Origin: Spirulina sp.
GTDB lineage: Bacteria; Cyanobacteriota; Cyanobacteriia; Phormidesmidales; Phormidesmidaceae
Assembly (NCBI GenBank): GCA_044070495.1
Contig: JBIPSI010000018.1
Location: forward strand, 32,001 to 96,000
Reading direction: 5' to 3'
Length of the DNA: 64,000 nucleotides
Shown: piece by piece, positions 28,870 through 40,168 of the stretch
Layout of the letters: every line of letters begins with the position of its first letter
Numbering within the stretch: the stretch's first letter is position 1
The notes under the pieces: model-generated
What the model was told of the DNA's origin: nothing
What the model saw: only the letters and a program-made list of their open reading frames with translations
Database searches by the model: none
Program-made: the position numbers and the translations under genes

Positions 28870-29337
28870 ATGACTCGCTTCACCACCCTTCGTCAGTTTT
28901 TGCCCATTTCAGACACCCTCGCCACCGCCGGACAGCCTACCGAAGCAGAATTTGCGGCCATTGCCCAGTCGGGCTACAAGGTTGTCATTAACCTGGCCCT
29001 GCCCACCTCTGATCATGCTTTGCCCGATGAACAGGCTACGGTGGAGTCTTTCGGGATGACCTATGTGTCGATTCCGGTGGTGTGGGAAAACCCCACGCTG
29101 GCGGATTTAGATCAGTTTTTTCAGGCGATGGATGCCCATCAGGAACACAAAATCTTCGTCCATTGCGCCCTGAATATGCGGGTTTCGGTGTTTGTCTACC
29201 TCTACCGGATACTGAGGCTGGAGATTGATCCCGCCATGGCCCAGCGAGAGTTGTTCGCCGTCTGGCAACCCAATGACCGCTGGCAACGGTTTATCGACGA
29301 GGCCATGGCATCTCACTCCAACCCTTCCCATCCCTAA
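28870..29337 (+). CDS. PTP-fold protein (DUF442/sulfurtransferase-like)
   Basis: TAGQP, VINL, HCALNMR (CX4R). Confidence 0.82.
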   Translation: MTRFTTLRQFLPISDTLATAGQPTEAEFAAIAQSGYKVVINLALPTSDHALPDEQATVESFGMTYVSIPVVWENPTLADLDQFFQAMDAHQEHKIFVHCALNMRVSVFVYLYRILRLEIDPAMAQRELFAVWQPNDRWQRFIDEAMASHSNPSHP

Positions 29338-29357
29338 ACCGATGGTCATAAAACACG

Positions 29358-29386
29358 AGAGGGGTTAGCCGTAGCCAACCCCTCTG
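29358..29386. terminator. Hairpin between convergent genes (PTP-fold gene and amt)
   Basis: AGAGGGGTTAGC-CGTA-GCCAACCCCTCT. Confidence 0.55.
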
Positions 29387-29516
29387 ATGGTGATTTGTTA
29401 CCGGTTATTGGTTGGTGGCGATTCAGTGTGAGGGGCCAGATGATCGGTAACTAAGTCGTAGACGACTAGAGGCCGACCCATTTCACCCAACACCGACACC
29501 ATCCACCAGTAAAGAC

Positions 29517-31022
29517 CTACATCACTCCGGTCATGTCGGTGGTGTCCTTCAGGAAACCGCTGTAGGCTTCCATGCCGTGTTCGCCGATATCCAGGCCCTT
29601 CATCTCCTCTTCAGCGGAAACGCGGATACCCAGGGTGGACTTCAGCACCATCCAGAAGATGGTAGTGGCCACCACGGTGAACAGACCCACGGACAGAACC
29701 CCAAGGATTTGCGCCCCCAGTTGGCCCAGGCCACCGCCGTAGAACAGGCCATTGATGGCATCTTCGGCACCGCCCTGGGTGAAGTTGTTGGCGTTGGCAA
29801 ACAAGCCCACAGCCAGGGTGCCCCAGATGCCACAAACCAAGTGGACGGAGGTCGCGCCCACGGGGTCATCAATTTTGATGCTGTCGAAGAAGCCGACGGA
29901 GAACACCACGATGATGCCCGCAATCAGTCCAATCCAGAAGGCTCCGGCATAGCCCACCACATAGCAGCCAGCGGTGACACCCACCAGACCAGCCAAGATG
30001 CCGTTGATGCTCATGGACAGGTCGGGCTTGCCGCTGAGCGCCCAGGAGGTAAAGGTGGCCGCCATGCCGCCTGCTGCCGCCGCAATGTTGGTAGTGACAG
30101 CGATGTAGGGCACAGCTAGGTCAGCCGCCAGTTGAGAACCGGGGTTGAAGCCGAACCAGCCTAGCCACAGAATCAAACAGCCCAGGGTAGCGATACTGAG
30201 GTTGTGGCCGGGGAGAGCGCTCACCTGGCCTTCGGAGGTGTATTTACCCATGCGGGGGCCAAGCAGAGCGGCACCCATGAGGGCAGCCCAGCCACCGACG
30301 GAGTGCACGATAGTAGAACCGGCAAAGTCGTGGAAACCCTGCTCGGCTAGCCAGCCACCACCCCAGAGCCAGTGGCCTGTAATGGGGTAGGCAATGGCGG
30401 TGAGCAGAATGCTAAAAATCACGAAGTCGAGGAACTTCACCCGCTCGGCTACCGCACCCGACACGATGGTGGCGGCGGTACCCGCAAAGGCCGCTTGGAA
30501 CAGGAAGAAGGTGTCCTTGGTGAGGCCGCCATCGGAGGACAGACCATAGTTTTCGGCGGGGCCACCGAGGAAGATGCCACCCCAGCCAATCCAGCCGTTG
30601 CCAGCCAGTCCACCAAACATCAGCGAGAAGCCGATGAACCAGAAGGAGAGGGTGGCGAGGGCAAACACCAGCAGGTTTTTGGTGAGAATATTCACCGCGT
30701 TCTTTTGGCGACAGAACCCGGTTTCTACCATGGCGAATCCGGCGTTCATGAAAATCACCAGGAAGGCGGCAATCAGAACCCAGATGTTGTCTAGGACGGT
30801 TTGCACATCCGCCGCCGATAGCTCATCTTGGGCGTGGGCGGCCATGCCCCAAGTAACGACAATCCCGATGGCGAGAGGAATACAGGCAAGACCAGCCCAG
30901 CTTCCAACCCGACCAAAGATCCGCTTTGCCGCTTGGTCAAAGGGCGGCACACTGGCGCTCCAGAAGGACGGCTTCGACCGCCTCCGGAACTTAGAACGAT
31001 TTTTCAACATTAAGTTAGACAT
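29517..31022 (-). CDS. amt: Ammonium transporter (Amt1 type)
   Basis: [26 protein letters not shown]-like [48 protein letters not shown]; start approximate. Confidence 0.96.
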   Translation of the reverse strand: MSNLMLKNRSKFRRRSKPSFWSASVPPFDQAAKRIFGRVGSWAGLACIPLAIGIVVTWGMAAHAQDELSAADVQTVLDNIWVLIAAFLVIFMNAGFAMVETGFCRQKNAVNILTKNLLVFALATLSFWFIGFSLMFGGLAGNGWIGWGGIFLGGPAENYGLSSDGGLTKDTFFLFQAAFAGTAATIVSGAVAERVKFLDFVIFSILLTAIAYPITGHWLWGGGWLAEQGFHDFAGSTIVHSVGGWAALMGAALLGPRMGKYTSEGQVSALPGHNLSIATLGCLILWLGWFGFNPGSQLAADLAVPYIAVTTNIAAAAGGMAATFTSWALSGKPDLSMSINGILAGLVGVTAGCYVVGYAGAFWIGLIAGIIVVFSVGFFDSIKIDDPVGATSVHLVCGIWGTLAVGLFANANNFTQGGAEDAINGLFYGGGLGQLGAQILGVLSVGLFTVVATTIFWMVLKSTLGIRVSAEEEMKGLDIGEHGMEAYSGFLKDTTDMTGVM

Positions 31023-31328
31023 CTTGACAGACGTTCCTTCAACACAATCAGACAGCAAACACGGCCTATCTGCCAAACAATCCAGCGAGAGCCAGACAGC
31101 GGCGCAGCAGACTTGGTAGGGGAGCCAACCAGCTACGGTTTAGTTAGCCTATGAACCAAGATGAGACAGGTCAAAACAGCCCCCAGGTCGGCCAAGACCA
31201 ACCCTGGGAAGCCCACGCCCCATGGTTTGTTAACTAAAGCACCGTCAGCAAAAACGAATTGGCATCGCTGCAACGTTACCGTAGCTTTACAGAACAAAAT
31301 GATTCCATCAATTCTGAGGCCGTCAATC

Positions 31329-31344
31329 TGTATCAGGAAATACA
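31329..31344. promoter_or_regulatory. NtcA box upstream of amt
   Basis: TGTA-TCAGGAAA-TACA, a perfect GTA-N8-TAC. Confidence 0.8.
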
Positions 31345-31470
31345 TAACGCCCCAAAACGGCAGGAAAGCCCCGATTTCTGAGGGCTAGACTTGGGATTAA
31401 CGCGCCTGTAAATGAAGAAACGCGCAAAAAGGCTAGATAGTACACGCGGTGCCCTGGGCTGGTCTTGCCT

Positions 31471-32010
31471 CTAGGCCTTGCCCATGTTCTGAAGGTATTT
31501 TTGGCTACCGAGGGTCTCTAGTTGGGCCTGCTTCGCTAGAACTTCGGCCTCTAAGTTGCGGCGATATTCGGCCACCCGATCCAGCAGGGCAGGGCGATCA
31601 CAGGCCAAAATTTGCACCGCCAACAGCCCCGCGTTTTTGGCATTGCCAATGGCCACCGTTGCCACCGGAATTCCCCCCGGCATTTGTACAATGCTGTAGA
31701 GGGAATCTAGCCCCTGCATGGTGCGACTGACCACGGGCACCCCCACCACGGGCAAGGGCGTGAGGGCAGCCACCATCCCCGGCAAATGGGCCGCCCCCCC
31801 GGCTCCGGCGATAATCACCTTCAGCCCCCGTTCCCGTGCTGTTTGGGCATACTGCACCATGCGCTCTGGGGTGCGGTGGGCCGACACAATCGCTACTTCA
31901 TACGCCACCCCAAAGGCTTCGCAGACCTCCACCGCCGCCTGCATGGTGGGCAAATCCGAATCGCTGCCCATGATGATGCCAATTTCCGGTGTTGTCGTCG
32001 CTGTCGTCAT
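31471..32010 (-). CDS. purE: N5-CAIR mutase
   Basis: [44 protein letters not shown]. Confidence 0.97.
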   Translation of the reverse strand: MTTATTTPEIGIIMGSDSDLPTMQAAVEVCEAFGVAYEVAIVSAHRTPERMVQYAQTARERGLKVIIAGAGGAAHLPGMVAALTPLPVVGVPVVSRTMQGLDSLYSIVQMPGGIPVATVAIGNAKNAGLLAVQILACDRPALLDRVAEYRRNLEAEVLAKQAQLETLGSQKYLQNMGKA

Positions 32011-32049
32011 TCGATGGACTCCTTAAATATGTATACAGTGTGCAAGATG

Positions 32050-32212
32050 GGGGCGAGGTGTTTAGGGCAAGGCATTTAGGGCAAGGAGACCTTGCCCCTA
32101 CAATCCGGGAGGCCACCCGTAGGGGAGAGGTTCCCTCGCCCCACCCTATCCCCGCGCAATCTGGGGGAAACCCGTAGGGGAGAGGCTCCCTCGCCCTTCC
32201 CCTCGCCCTTCC
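32050..32212. repeat. GTAG-type REP cluster between purE and chlM
   Basis: GGGCAAGGAGACCTTGCCCCTAC and two copies of CGTAGGGGAGAGG(T/C)TCCCTCGCCC. Confidence 0.7.
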
Positions 32213-32324
32213 CCGTTGCCCAGCACCCGCCCGCCAAAGGTTTCAAATCATGTCGAGGGTGGAAGCCAGTAGCAAAACGTCATAAGATTTTACAGAAGTT
32301 ATCAACCGCCCCACCCCTGCCGCC

Positions 32325-33029
32325 ATGACGCTGACCAACGACAAAACCGACGATAAAACCGTAGTCCGCGACTATTTCAACGCCACGGGCTTCGACCGCT
32401 GGCGGCGCATCTACGGCGATGGCGACGTCAACAAAGTACAGCTCGACATTCGCAAGGGCCACCAAAAAACCGTCGATACCCTGCTGGACTGGCTGAAAGC
32501 CGACGGCAACCTCAAAGACATCACCTGCTGCGATGCGGGGTGCGGCGTGGGTAGTCTCTCCATCCCCCTCGCCCAAGAAGGAGCCAAGGTCTACGCCAGC
32601 GACATCTCGGCCAAGATGGTCGAAGAAGCCCAGGAACGGGCACAGGAAGCCCTCAACGGCGAAAATCTGCCTACTTTTGAGGTGAAAGACCTGGAAGAAC
32701 TATCCGGCAGCTACCACACGGTGATTTGCCTAGATGTGCTAATCCACTACCCCAAGGAGCAGGTGGAGGGCATGATTAAGCACCTTAGTTCCCTAGCCGA
32801 ATCGCGCCTAATCCTCAGCTTTGCGCCCAAAACCCCCTGTTACACCGTGCTGAAGAAAATTGGCGAATTCTTCCCCGGCCCCAGCAAAACCACCCGCGCC
32901 TACCTGCACCGCGAGGCCGATATTGTGGCCATCCTAGAGGCTAGCGGCTGGCAAATTGAACGCCGCGCCATGACCAAAACCCAGTTCTACTTCTCTCGAA
33001 TGCTGGAAGCCGTAAAAGCTAGCGCCTAG
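32325..33029 (+). CDS. chlM: Mg-protoporphyrin IX methyltransferase
   Basis: YFNATGFDRWRRIYG, CDAGCGVGSL, CLDVLIHYP, FPGPSKTTRAY. Confidence 0.97.
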   Translation: MTLTNDKTDDKTVVRDYFNATGFDRWRRIYGDGDVNKVQLDIRKGHQKTVDTLLDWLKADGNLKDITCCDAGCGVGSLSIPLAQEGAKVYASDISAKMVEEAQERAQEALNGENLPTFEVKDLEELSGSYHTVICLDVLIHYPKEQVEGMIKHLSSLAESRLILSFAPKTPCYTVLKKIGEFFPGPSKTTRAYLHREADIVAILEASGWQIERRAMTKTQFYFSRMLEAVKASA

Positions 33030-33228
33030 CCGTACAACGCCGACTGTTTTTACCCCTGCCGTTGCGTTTCTGCGGTGCTATGGCGCAGGAGATTTCTCCG
33101 TCCTAGGTTCAGCCCCAGGGCAGATGAGGTACCTAGGGGGCTGCTTTAAGCTGACAGGGCATAGGTGCTACCTTGGGTTGATCTATGGCCTGAGTTACAA
33201 TTCTTTACAGACGTTACGCACGGGCATT

Positions 33229-33714
33229 ATGACAGGCAACTTCATCAAGCGCTCCACTCAACGGCGAACCTTCGCTACGGCTTCCCTAGGGGCCATTTTT
33301 TTGCTGACTTCAGCGGCGTGCAGCCCTCAGGGCGGCGACGTTGCAGCTCCTCCCAGTGAAGAGACGACCACCGTTGAAGCGGCAACCGATAGCGATCAAC
33401 CTGACGGTGATCAATCGATGATGTCGATTGCTTTAACGGCGGAAGGGCGCGAATTTTTCCTGGATGGCCAGGGCGACGGCAACCCGGATATTGTGGTGCA
33501 GCAGGGTGATGCGGTGGAAGTGACCCTCTGTGTGACCGGGGGCACCCACGATTGGGTAGTGGATGAATTTGATGCCGCCACCAATGTCATCTCTGTGGGG
33601 GATGAGTGCAGCACTGTTGAATTTGTGGCCGACCAGGTCGGTGAGTTTGAATACTATTGCAGCGTCGGCAACCACCGAGCCGAGGGCATGGTCGGTCGGT
33701 TCGTTGTGGAGTAG
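33229..33714 (+). CDS. Lipoprotein with a cupredoxin (type-1 copper) domain
   Basis: Lipobox-like TSAAC; ligands H(DWVV) and YYCSVGNHRAEGM. Confidence 0.85.
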   Translation: MTGNFIKRSTQRRTFATASLGAIFLLTSAACSPQGGDVAAPPSEETTTVEAATDSDQPDGDQSMMSIALTAEGREFFLDGQGDGNPDIVVQQGDAVEVTLCVTGGTHDWVVDEFDAATNVISVGDECSTVEFVADQVGEFEYYCSVGNHRAEGMVGRFVVE

Positions 33715-33896
33715 GCTATTCGTCCATTCAGAATGTACGGATGGGTTCGACTCTGTTAATTTTGAGGGGTCGTGGCGGGCAGTGCCCACCCTACCTACTA
33801 TCCATGGACCTAACGTCCGTCAGCCTAGTCCTACACACGGTTGCAACTAGGCTGCTAGACGACTCTCGCTAGACGACTCTCCTTGGCCGGATGGCC

Positions 33897-34472
33897 CTAG
33901 CGCATGACGGGGGGCTGCCACTCGCTGAAGGTTTCGAGGTGCCCCCAATAGGCTAGGTAGCCGATGAAAGCCCAGATCGCTGCCGCCAGTAGCAGCACCA
34001 CCGCCCCCACGGTACGCCAGGTTTTGTTGTCTCGGAAATAGACCAGCGTTGGGGCCGCCAACACGCCCCCCAATCCCGTGAGGATGAACCCTAGTCCGGC
34101 AATTAGGGGGCGGCGGGTTTGTTCCAGATCAATAATGCGTGCCCCTACTACAATGGCGGCCAGTCCTGCAAAAAAGGCGTAGACCGTGAGGGTGAGCAAG
34201 TCCCAGCCCTGGGCAATGGCAATCGCCGCCGCCAGGTAAAGCCCGCCAAACAGCACCGTGGTTTCGCCAAAGGAAATATTGAAACTACCGGGAACGGGCC
34301 ACGTCCACATCATGTGTAGCCCTGTGGCTAGGGCGATGCCCCCCACCAGGCCAAAGCCGGGAATCCAGCGCTTTAGATTAGCGCCATCCAGGCCGCGATA
34401 GACAAAATCCGCTAGCAGCACCAACCCCGCCACCATATTGATCAGCATCAGGGTGATGTAGTCGATAAACAT
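33897..34472 (-). CDS. DUF981-family membrane protein
   Basis: MFIDYITLMLINM, TWPVPGSFNISFGE; about six TM helices. Confidence 0.8.
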   Translation of the reverse strand: MFIDYITLMLINMVAGLVLLADFVYRGLDGANLKRWIPGFGLVGGIALATGLHMMWTWPVPGSFNISFGETTVLFGGLYLAAAIAIAQGWDLLTLTVYAFFAGLAAIVVGARIIDLEQTRRPLIAGLGFILTGLGGVLAAPTLVYFRDNKTWRTVGAVVLLLAAAIWAFIGYLAYWGHLETFSEWQPPVMR

Positions 34473-34682
34473 AGGGCTTTTCTCCAGTTTGCTAAAACCA
34501 TGGAAAACACCGGGTCAAAACCCCGCAATCCGTCAGCATCCTAACAAACTCTCAACCTGTACGGGCGCACGGCGGTGCGCCCCAACCTGCTCAATTCTTC
34601 GTACGGGCGCACGGCGGTAGGCCCCAACCTTGCCCCGACGGGAACAATCAGAGTATGCTGCGGCCAAAACCGTTGTGTTGCC

Positions 34683-35735
34683 ATGGCTGCTATCCACCCC
34701 TCCATTGACTTTCGCTCTGATACCGTAACCTGGCCCACCGACGAGATGCGGGCGGCCATGGCGGCGGCTGAGGTGGGCGACGATGTCTATGGCGAAGACC
34801 CAACGATATCGGCCCTAGAAGCCTTGGCGGCGGAAATGCTGGGCAAAGAGGCGGGGCTGTTTGTGACCAGCGGTACCCAGGGCAATTTGATCGCCGCCCT
34901 CAGCCATGCCCAACGGGGGGACGAGGCCATCATGGGAGAAGATGCCCACACCTATTGCTGGGAGGCCGGAGGGATGGCTGTTTTAGGCGGAATCACCCCC
35001 CGTCCACTGCCCACCGATAGCCGGGGACGAATGGATTTGACCCACATTCGCCAAGCCATCCGAGGGGATGATCCCCACCTGCCCACCAGCCGCCTGATTT
35101 TGCTGGAAAATAGCTCCGGCGGCAACCATGGGGCCGCTATCGAGCCAGCCTATTTTGAGGGGGTTCATGCCATTGCACAATCCCACGGACTCAACAGTCA
35201 CCTCGATGGTGCCCGTCTATTCAACGCTACGACGGCCCTGAAATGTGACCCCATCACCATTACCCGATGGGTGGATTCCGTCAGCATTTGCCTGAGTAAA
35301 GGGCTGTGTGCCCCCGTGGGATCGGTGCTGGTGGGCAATCGGGACTTCATCAAAACTGCCCGTCGCAATCGAAAACTGCTGGGGGGCGGCATGCGTCAGG
35401 CTGGAGTATTAGCCGCCGCTGGATTGATTGCCCTCAAAACCATGAGCCAACGGCTCCAATCCGACCACGACAAGGCTCAACAATTAGCTCAGGGATTAGC
35501 GACGATTCCTGGCATTGACATCAACCCCGCCCAGGTGGAAACCAACATGGTTTTTTTCGCCCTCGCCGATGATCTATCCCTCTCTCCCACCGACCTGGTG
35601 AATCGCCTAAACCAAGACTACGGCCTCCACATTGGCGGCTACGATCACCGCACCCTGCGGGCCGTCACCCACTATTGGATTGCGCCAGAACAGGTGGATA
35701 ACTTGGTGACGGCCATTCGGGCGATTTGCGGCTAA
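34683..35735 (+). CDS. ltaE: Low-specificity L-threonine aldolase
   Basis: DFRSDTVT, VGDDVYGEDPT, SGTQGN, HLDGARLFNA, CLSKGL, GGGMRQAG. Confidence 0.95.
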   Translation: MAAIHPSIDFRSDTVTWPTDEMRAAMAAAEVGDDVYGEDPTISALEALAAEMLGKEAGLFVTSGTQGNLIAALSHAQRGDEAIMGEDAHTYCWEAGGMAVLGGITPRPLPTDSRGRMDLTHIRQAIRGDDPHLPTSRLILLENSSGGNHGAAIEPAYFEGVHAIAQSHGLNSHLDGARLFNATTALKCDPITITRWVDSVSICLSKGLCAPVGSVLVGNRDFIKTARRNRKLLGGGMRQAGVLAAAGLIALKTMSQRLQSDHDKAQQLAQGLATIPGIDINPAQVETNMVFFALADDLSLSPTDLVNRLNQDYGLHIGGYDHRTLRAVTHYWIAPEQVDNLVTAIRAICG

Positions 35736-35855
35736 GGTTAACCTTGAATCCCCATAGCAGCAGATTTATAAGATCGCGACCTGAGGCAACCGCTAGGTCT
35801 TGCGAGATAGCACCGCTATGATAAAAGGAGCCTATCTGCAACCAGACGTTTGGCC

Positions 35856-36173
35856 ATGACGGCAACCCCAGATCCCAGTAACTTCCAAACCGAATTGTTT
35901 GAGCGCTTTGATCGGCTGGAGCAAAGCTTAAATCAGCGCATTCAGGATCTAGAGCACAATATTCAGGGCCTAGAGCAAAAACTTGATACCGATATTCAGC
36001 GTATTGATGAGCGCACCAACAAGTGGGAAGAGCGCTTCTTGCAACTGTCCAAAGATAACCTGATGATTTCGCGCACCGTCATTATTGCTGCCGCTACGGT
36101 GGTGATTTTCGGCAGCGTGTTGGATAAAGCCGAAGTGTTGGTGGAAGGCTTTGCTCGACTGGTGGGTAAGTAG
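35856..36173 (+). CDS. Small coiled-coil protein with a C-terminal TM helix
   Basis: Heptad repeats (LEQSLNQRIQDLEHNIQGLEQKL) then TVIIAAATVVIFGSVL. Confidence 0.7.
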   Translation: MTATPDPSNFQTELFERFDRLEQSLNQRIQDLEHNIQGLEQKLDTDIQRIDERTNKWEERFLQLSKDNLMISRTVIIAAATVVIFGSVLDKAEVLVEGFARLVGK

Positions 36174-36191
36174 CCTTAAAAATTAACTGAT

Positions 36192-36707
36192 TTAGTGAAA
36201 CCCTAAATCGGTGCTTTTGCCCGCATGGACGAGGGCGAGTTGGTAATACTTGTGGGCGTGTTCAATCAGGTCAAGGGCTTGGGCTTCGGAAACGTCGCGA
36301 ATCACCTTGCCGGGAACGCCCATCACCAGGGAACGGGGGGGAACATCTTTGGTCACAACCGCCCCCGCTCCGATGATGCTGCCGCTGCCGATGCGCACGC
36401 CGTTCAACACCACCGCTCCAATGCCGATCAGGCTACCCGTTTCCACATGGGCGCTATGGATGACGGCCCGATGGCCCACCGTGACGCGATCCGCTAGATA
36501 GGTGGGTTGGCCCGGATCGCCGTGGAGGATGGCCCCATCCTGCACGTTACTGTAGGGGCCGATGGTGATCGACTCCACATCGCCCCGCAGCACCGCTCCA
36601 TACCAAACACTGCATCCCTCTTGGAGAATGACCTGGCCGATCACCGTGGCATTGGGGGCCACAAAGGCCGCTTGAGAAGTATCGGGGGTGGGCCAAATTA
36701 ATGACAT
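36192..36707 (-). CDS. Gamma carbonic anhydrase-family hexapeptide protein
   Basis: [27 protein letters not shown]. Confidence 0.93.
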   Translation of the reverse strand: MSLIWPTPDTSQAAFVAPNATVIGQVILQEGCSVWYGAVLRGDVESITIGPYSNVQDGAILHGDPGQPTYLADRVTVGHRAVIHSAHVETGSLIGIGAVVLNGVRIGSGSIIGAGAVVTKDVPPRSLVMGVPGKVIRDVSEAQALDLIEHAHKYYQLALVHAGKSTDLGFH

Positions 36708-37043
36708 AGATAACCTTTTGAGGGCTAGAAATCATCAGGACGGTAGGGGATCATCAGGATTCAAAAAATCAATCGTTCCCCCTTCGTCCCGTCGTCAGTA
36801 AACCATAGAATCCAGGGTTCGACGAAGATGGGTAGAGCAGACGGCCTGCCTGCCCTAGAGACAGCCCAAGGATCGTTTTGCCGTAGAGCGGCAATCCGTT
36901 GAACGGAATTTTCTCCAGGGTTTTAGGGAATTTCGGTCGTCCTCGGCCATCCTGATGACAAAGTCCACTGAATCCCAAAGGTATAATACGGCTACAGCAT
37001 CGTTTTGATTCGCTCCTCAGAGGAAGTGTCTGGTTTCTGCCCA

Positions 37044-37556
37044 ATGGTTAATTCCGCCCTGCAATACCCCATCTACGGCCCAGAAATCCAGTGTCCTCAC
37101 TGTCGGCAAACCATCCCGGCCCTCACCCTGACGGATACTTACCTGTGTACACGCCACGGAGCCTTTGAGGCCAACCCCGACACCAAGGAACTGGTGCATT
37201 TGCAATCGGGGCGGCACTGGCGGCAGTGGGACGGGGAGTGGTATCGCCAACACACCCATCCCGATGGCATTCGCTTTGAAATTCACGAAGCCCTGGATCG
37301 TCTCTACACCGAGGGCTATCGGGCCACCAGGGTGATCATTGCCGAGCGCTACAAGGACTTGGTAAACGGCTATCTAGAGCGAAATTCGCCCTGGCGAGGG
37401 CAGGGGGATGTGACGGCGGCTCCCAAGCTCTACGGCTTGCCGGTGGAATTTAGCCCCCCCGAATCCGAAGATCCCCAATGGTCGGTGATCAACTTCACCC
37501 TAGAAAAGGAGCCAGGGGTGCCCGTTCGTTATCCCTACTTTCGGCTGTTTGAGTAA
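37044..37556 (+). CDS. TIGR02652/DUF2396 family cyanobacterial protein
   Basis: CPHCRQTIPALTLTDTYLC..HG, HTHPDGIRFEIHEALDRL, YPYFRLFE. Confidence 0.88.
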   Translation: MVNSALQYPIYGPEIQCPHCRQTIPALTLTDTYLCTRHGAFEANPDTKELVHLQSGRHWRQWDGEWYRQHTHPDGIRFEIHEALDRLYTEGYRATRVIIAERYKDLVNGYLERNSPWRGQGDVTAAPKLYGLPVEFSPPESEDPQWSVINFTLEKEPGVPVRYPYFRLFE

Positions 37557-37624
37557 CGGCCCATCGCTAGCCTCACCGCCAAGCCAGGTTCCGCCGACCT
37601 CCCTCTGAGACGCTACAGGGAATC

Positions 37625-37830
37625 GATCCCCCCTAGCCCCCCTTAGAAAGGGGGGAACCGGAGTCAAAGTCCCCCTTTCTAAGGGGGATTGAGGGGGATC
37701 TCCGAGGACTTGCGGCATAAAAACCAGATGTGTACACACAGTAGCTCTGAGCCCCTACCGCTTATAGAAAAGTCTCTATTCCGCTTGGTTCCTAGGGTTG
37801 ATCCCCCCTAGCCCCCTTAGAAAAGGGGGA
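37625..37830. repeat. Two cyanobacterial small dispersed repeats (one full, one partial)
   Basis: GATCCCCCCTAGCCCCCCTTAGAAAGGGGGG...AAGGGGGATTGAGGGGGATC; partial copy at 37800. Confidence 0.8.
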
Positions 37831-37865
37831 ATCGACTTCAAAATTCGGATTTGCTATGGGATTCC

Positions 37866-39683
37866 TTACTCCTCGGCCAGTTTCAGTTCGTGGATGTTCC
37901 AGAATGCGCCGCCAATGGCCGTATATTGCACCCCTTCCACGGTGTTGCGCACCGCCGACAGGGAGAGGTTGTTGATCAGGTAAATAAAGGGCAGATACTC
38001 CTGGGTAAGCTGCTGGGTTTCTTTGTAGAGTTCAAAGCGTTGGGCTTCGTCCACTTCCTGGGCCGCTTGGATGTAAAGATCGGCGATGCGGCGTTCCCAG
38101 TCGGCAGCCTGCCAACCCTCTAGGGGCGTTTGGCTAGGGCCAGCCTGTTGGTTAAAGGCGTGGAGTGCTCCATCCAGCAGCCATACGTTTGCGCCGCCGT
38201 TGGGTTCTAGCCCTCCGGTTAGCCCCAGAATGCAGGCTTCCCACTCCAGGCTATCGGTGAGGCGATCTACCAGCACATTGAAGGCGAGGGGCTGAAAGTC
38301 TACCTGAATGCCCAATTTTTCCAGGTCGCTTTTAATTTGTGCCCCAATAGATTCGCGGATTTTGTTGCCGGAGTTGGTGATCAACGTGAACCGTACCCGG
38401 TTGCCGTCGGGGTCTACCAATTGACCAGAACCATTCAGGGAAAAGCCCGCTGAGGTCAGCAATTCCTTGGCCTTTTCGGGGTTGTAGGGATAGGTGCGAA
38501 TGCCCATTTCCGGCGGTGCAAAGAAGGGATTGGGCACGGAAATGGGGGAGGTTTGGGGTGAGCCTAGCCCTTGGAAAATATTGTTGACCATGGTGTCGCG
38601 GTCGATGCCGTAGGAAACGGCCTGCCGAAAGGCGACGTTATTAAACCATCGAGAACGCACAGGGTCTACCAAGGGCTTCCCATCCCGGCTAGCCTGGTTG
38701 AGGTTAAAAAAGAAAAAGCTGGTGCCCAGGTCGGGGCCGCCGTTGTAAATGGTGAAATTGCCCCGTTCCTCCTCCTGTTTTAGCAAGGAGAAAAAGGTGG
38801 GCTGAACCCCCACAGAATCTAATCCGCCGGAGCGAAACTGCAAAAAGGCGGTATCGGTGGAGCTGACAATTTGCCAAACAATTTGCTCGATGTAGGGCTG
38901 GGAGTTGCCTGCGGTGTCCTTGCGCCAGTAGTGGGGGTTGCGCTCAAAAATCACCCGCTCGCCGGGGATATATTGCCCTAGACGGTAGGGGCCGTTGGTA
39001 ATAATGTCGGTGGGGGAGGTATCAGTACCCCAGGTCGATAAAAAGAGTGGCGTGCCGTCGGCCCCTGTGGTTTCCACCGCCGAGCGCAAAATGTGGGCGG
39101 GAATGATTTCTGTAGCGGTGTTGCGCAGAATGGGGGCAAAGGGTTCTGGTAAGGAAAACTGCACCCGCCGATCATCCACCGCCGTCACGGTCGGCAGCAA
39201 ACCCTGGGTGCCAATGCGGAAACTATCGCGGCTATTGGTGGGAATGTCGGGGTTAAATAGGGTGTCGTAGGTGAAGACCACATCCTCCACGGTCAGCGGT
39301 TCCCCATCCGACCACTGCAACCCGTCGCGCAGGGTAAACACAATGGTTTTGCCGTCCTCGGAAATATCCCAGCTTTCCGCTAGGGCCGGAATGACCTCTC
39401 CCGTTAGGCCATCGGTGCCCGTCAACCCCTCAAAGGTAAAACTAAACACATTGGGAAACTCCTGGCTCAGCACCGGGTTAAAGGTTTTGGGATCGCTGAG
39501 GGTACTTAACACCAGACGCGGCACATTGGCTTCGGCTTTGGCAAATTGCTCTAGGCTGCATCCGCCCAGGGGCAGCATTAGCACAACGATCAGCAGCGCC
39601 ACTACTATCTCGCGCCACCTTACCCAGGGCAGCGATGGCCGTGTCTGCCAAAATTGCCAGCCCAGAATGGACAGTTGTGCCAT
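37866..39683 (-). CDS. Peptide/nickel ABC transporter substrate-binding lipoprotein (family 5)
   Basis: Lipobox LGGC, SDPKTFN, PALAESW..SEDG, LQWSDGEPLT..DVVFT. Confidence 0.93.
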   Translation of the reverse strand: MAQLSILGWQFWQTRPSLPWVRWREIVVALLIVVLMLPLGGCSLEQFAKAEANVPRLVLSTLSDPKTFNPVLSQEFPNVFSFTFEGLTGTDGLTGEVIPALAESWDISEDGKTIVFTLRDGLQWSDGEPLTVEDVVFTYDTLFNPDIPTNSRDSFRIGTQGLLPTVTAVDDRRVQFSLPEPFAPILRNTATEIIPAHILRSAVETTGADGTPLFLSTWGTDTSPTDIITNGPYRLGQYIPGERVIFERNPHYWRKDTAGNSQPYIEQIVWQIVSSTDTAFLQFRSGGLDSVGVQPTFFSLLKQEEERGNFTIYNGGPDLGTSFFFFNLNQASRDGKPLVDPVRSRWFNNVAFRQAVSYGIDRDTMVNNIFQGLGSPQTSPISVPNPFFAPPEMGIRTYPYNPEKAKELLTSAGFSLNGSGQLVDPDGNRVRFTLITNSGNKIRESIGAQIKSDLEKLGIQVDFQPLAFNVLVDRLTDSLEWEACILGLTGGLEPNGGANVWLLDGALHAFNQQAGPSQTPLEGWQAADWERRIADLYIQAAQEVDEAQRFELYKETQQLTQEYLPFIYLINNLSLSAVRNTVEGVQYTAIGGAFWNIHELKLAEE

Positions 39684-39832
39684 GGAATCTCCCTCTGCCA
39701 ATCTTCTCAATCACTATAGCGACTGAGGGCGCGATAATCCGTCGCCCTTGCGCCCAGACAAACCATGAACGAATGTATCGCCAGGATTGCTGACTATGAA
39801 CAAAGATTGCTTTTCATGACGGCTTTTCATTT

Positions 39833-39865
39833 TGTAGCTATTTATACAGTTTTTTGGATTACTTT
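39833..39865 (+). promoter_or_regulatory. NtcA repression site overlapping the gifA promoter
   Basis: TGTA-GCTATTTA-TACA (39833-39848) lies about 12 nt before the candidate -10 TACTTT (39860-39865), the repressive geometry known for gif genes. Confidence 0.8.
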
Positions 39866-39934
39866 GATTAAAGAAGGGGTCGTTCCATCCCCTCGTTTGC
39901 GCTACTCCACCCCGTCTTATCCAGAGGTTTCGCC

Positions 39935-40132
39935 ATGTCTGCCCAAGAACAAGCCCGCGCGCTGATGATGCGTCACCACCACATGATTAAGAATCGCCAG
40001 CAATCGATGCTGTGCCGCACCAACGAAGAAGTGGGGATGCCCGGTGACGCCCACTACTGGAGCGCCATTCAAGGGAAGCCCTCCGCCAATGCCGCCCGCA
40101 ACTACGACCGCAGCGGATCCGCCATGAGCTAG
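39935..40132 (+). CDS. gifA: Glutamine synthetase inactivating factor IF7
   Basis: QARALMMRHHHMIKNRQQSML..W..IQGKP..YDRS; 65 aa. Confidence 0.93.
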   Translation: MSAQEQARALMMRHHHMIKNRQQSMLCRTNEEVGMPGDAHYWSAIQGKPSANAARNYDRSGSAMS

Positions 40133-40168
40133 GATTCCACCAATCATAGGAACTCAGCTACCCTCGTC

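Noticed and set aside
34575..34682. N-terminal extension of ltaE
   Set aside because: Made of tandem REP copies; family similarity begins at MAAIHPSIDFRSD (34683).
39870..39934. Glutamine (glnA) riboswitch ahead of gifA
   Set aside because: A CGTT start is present but the conserved pairing and GGAAG/GAAG elements are not; the leader is short.
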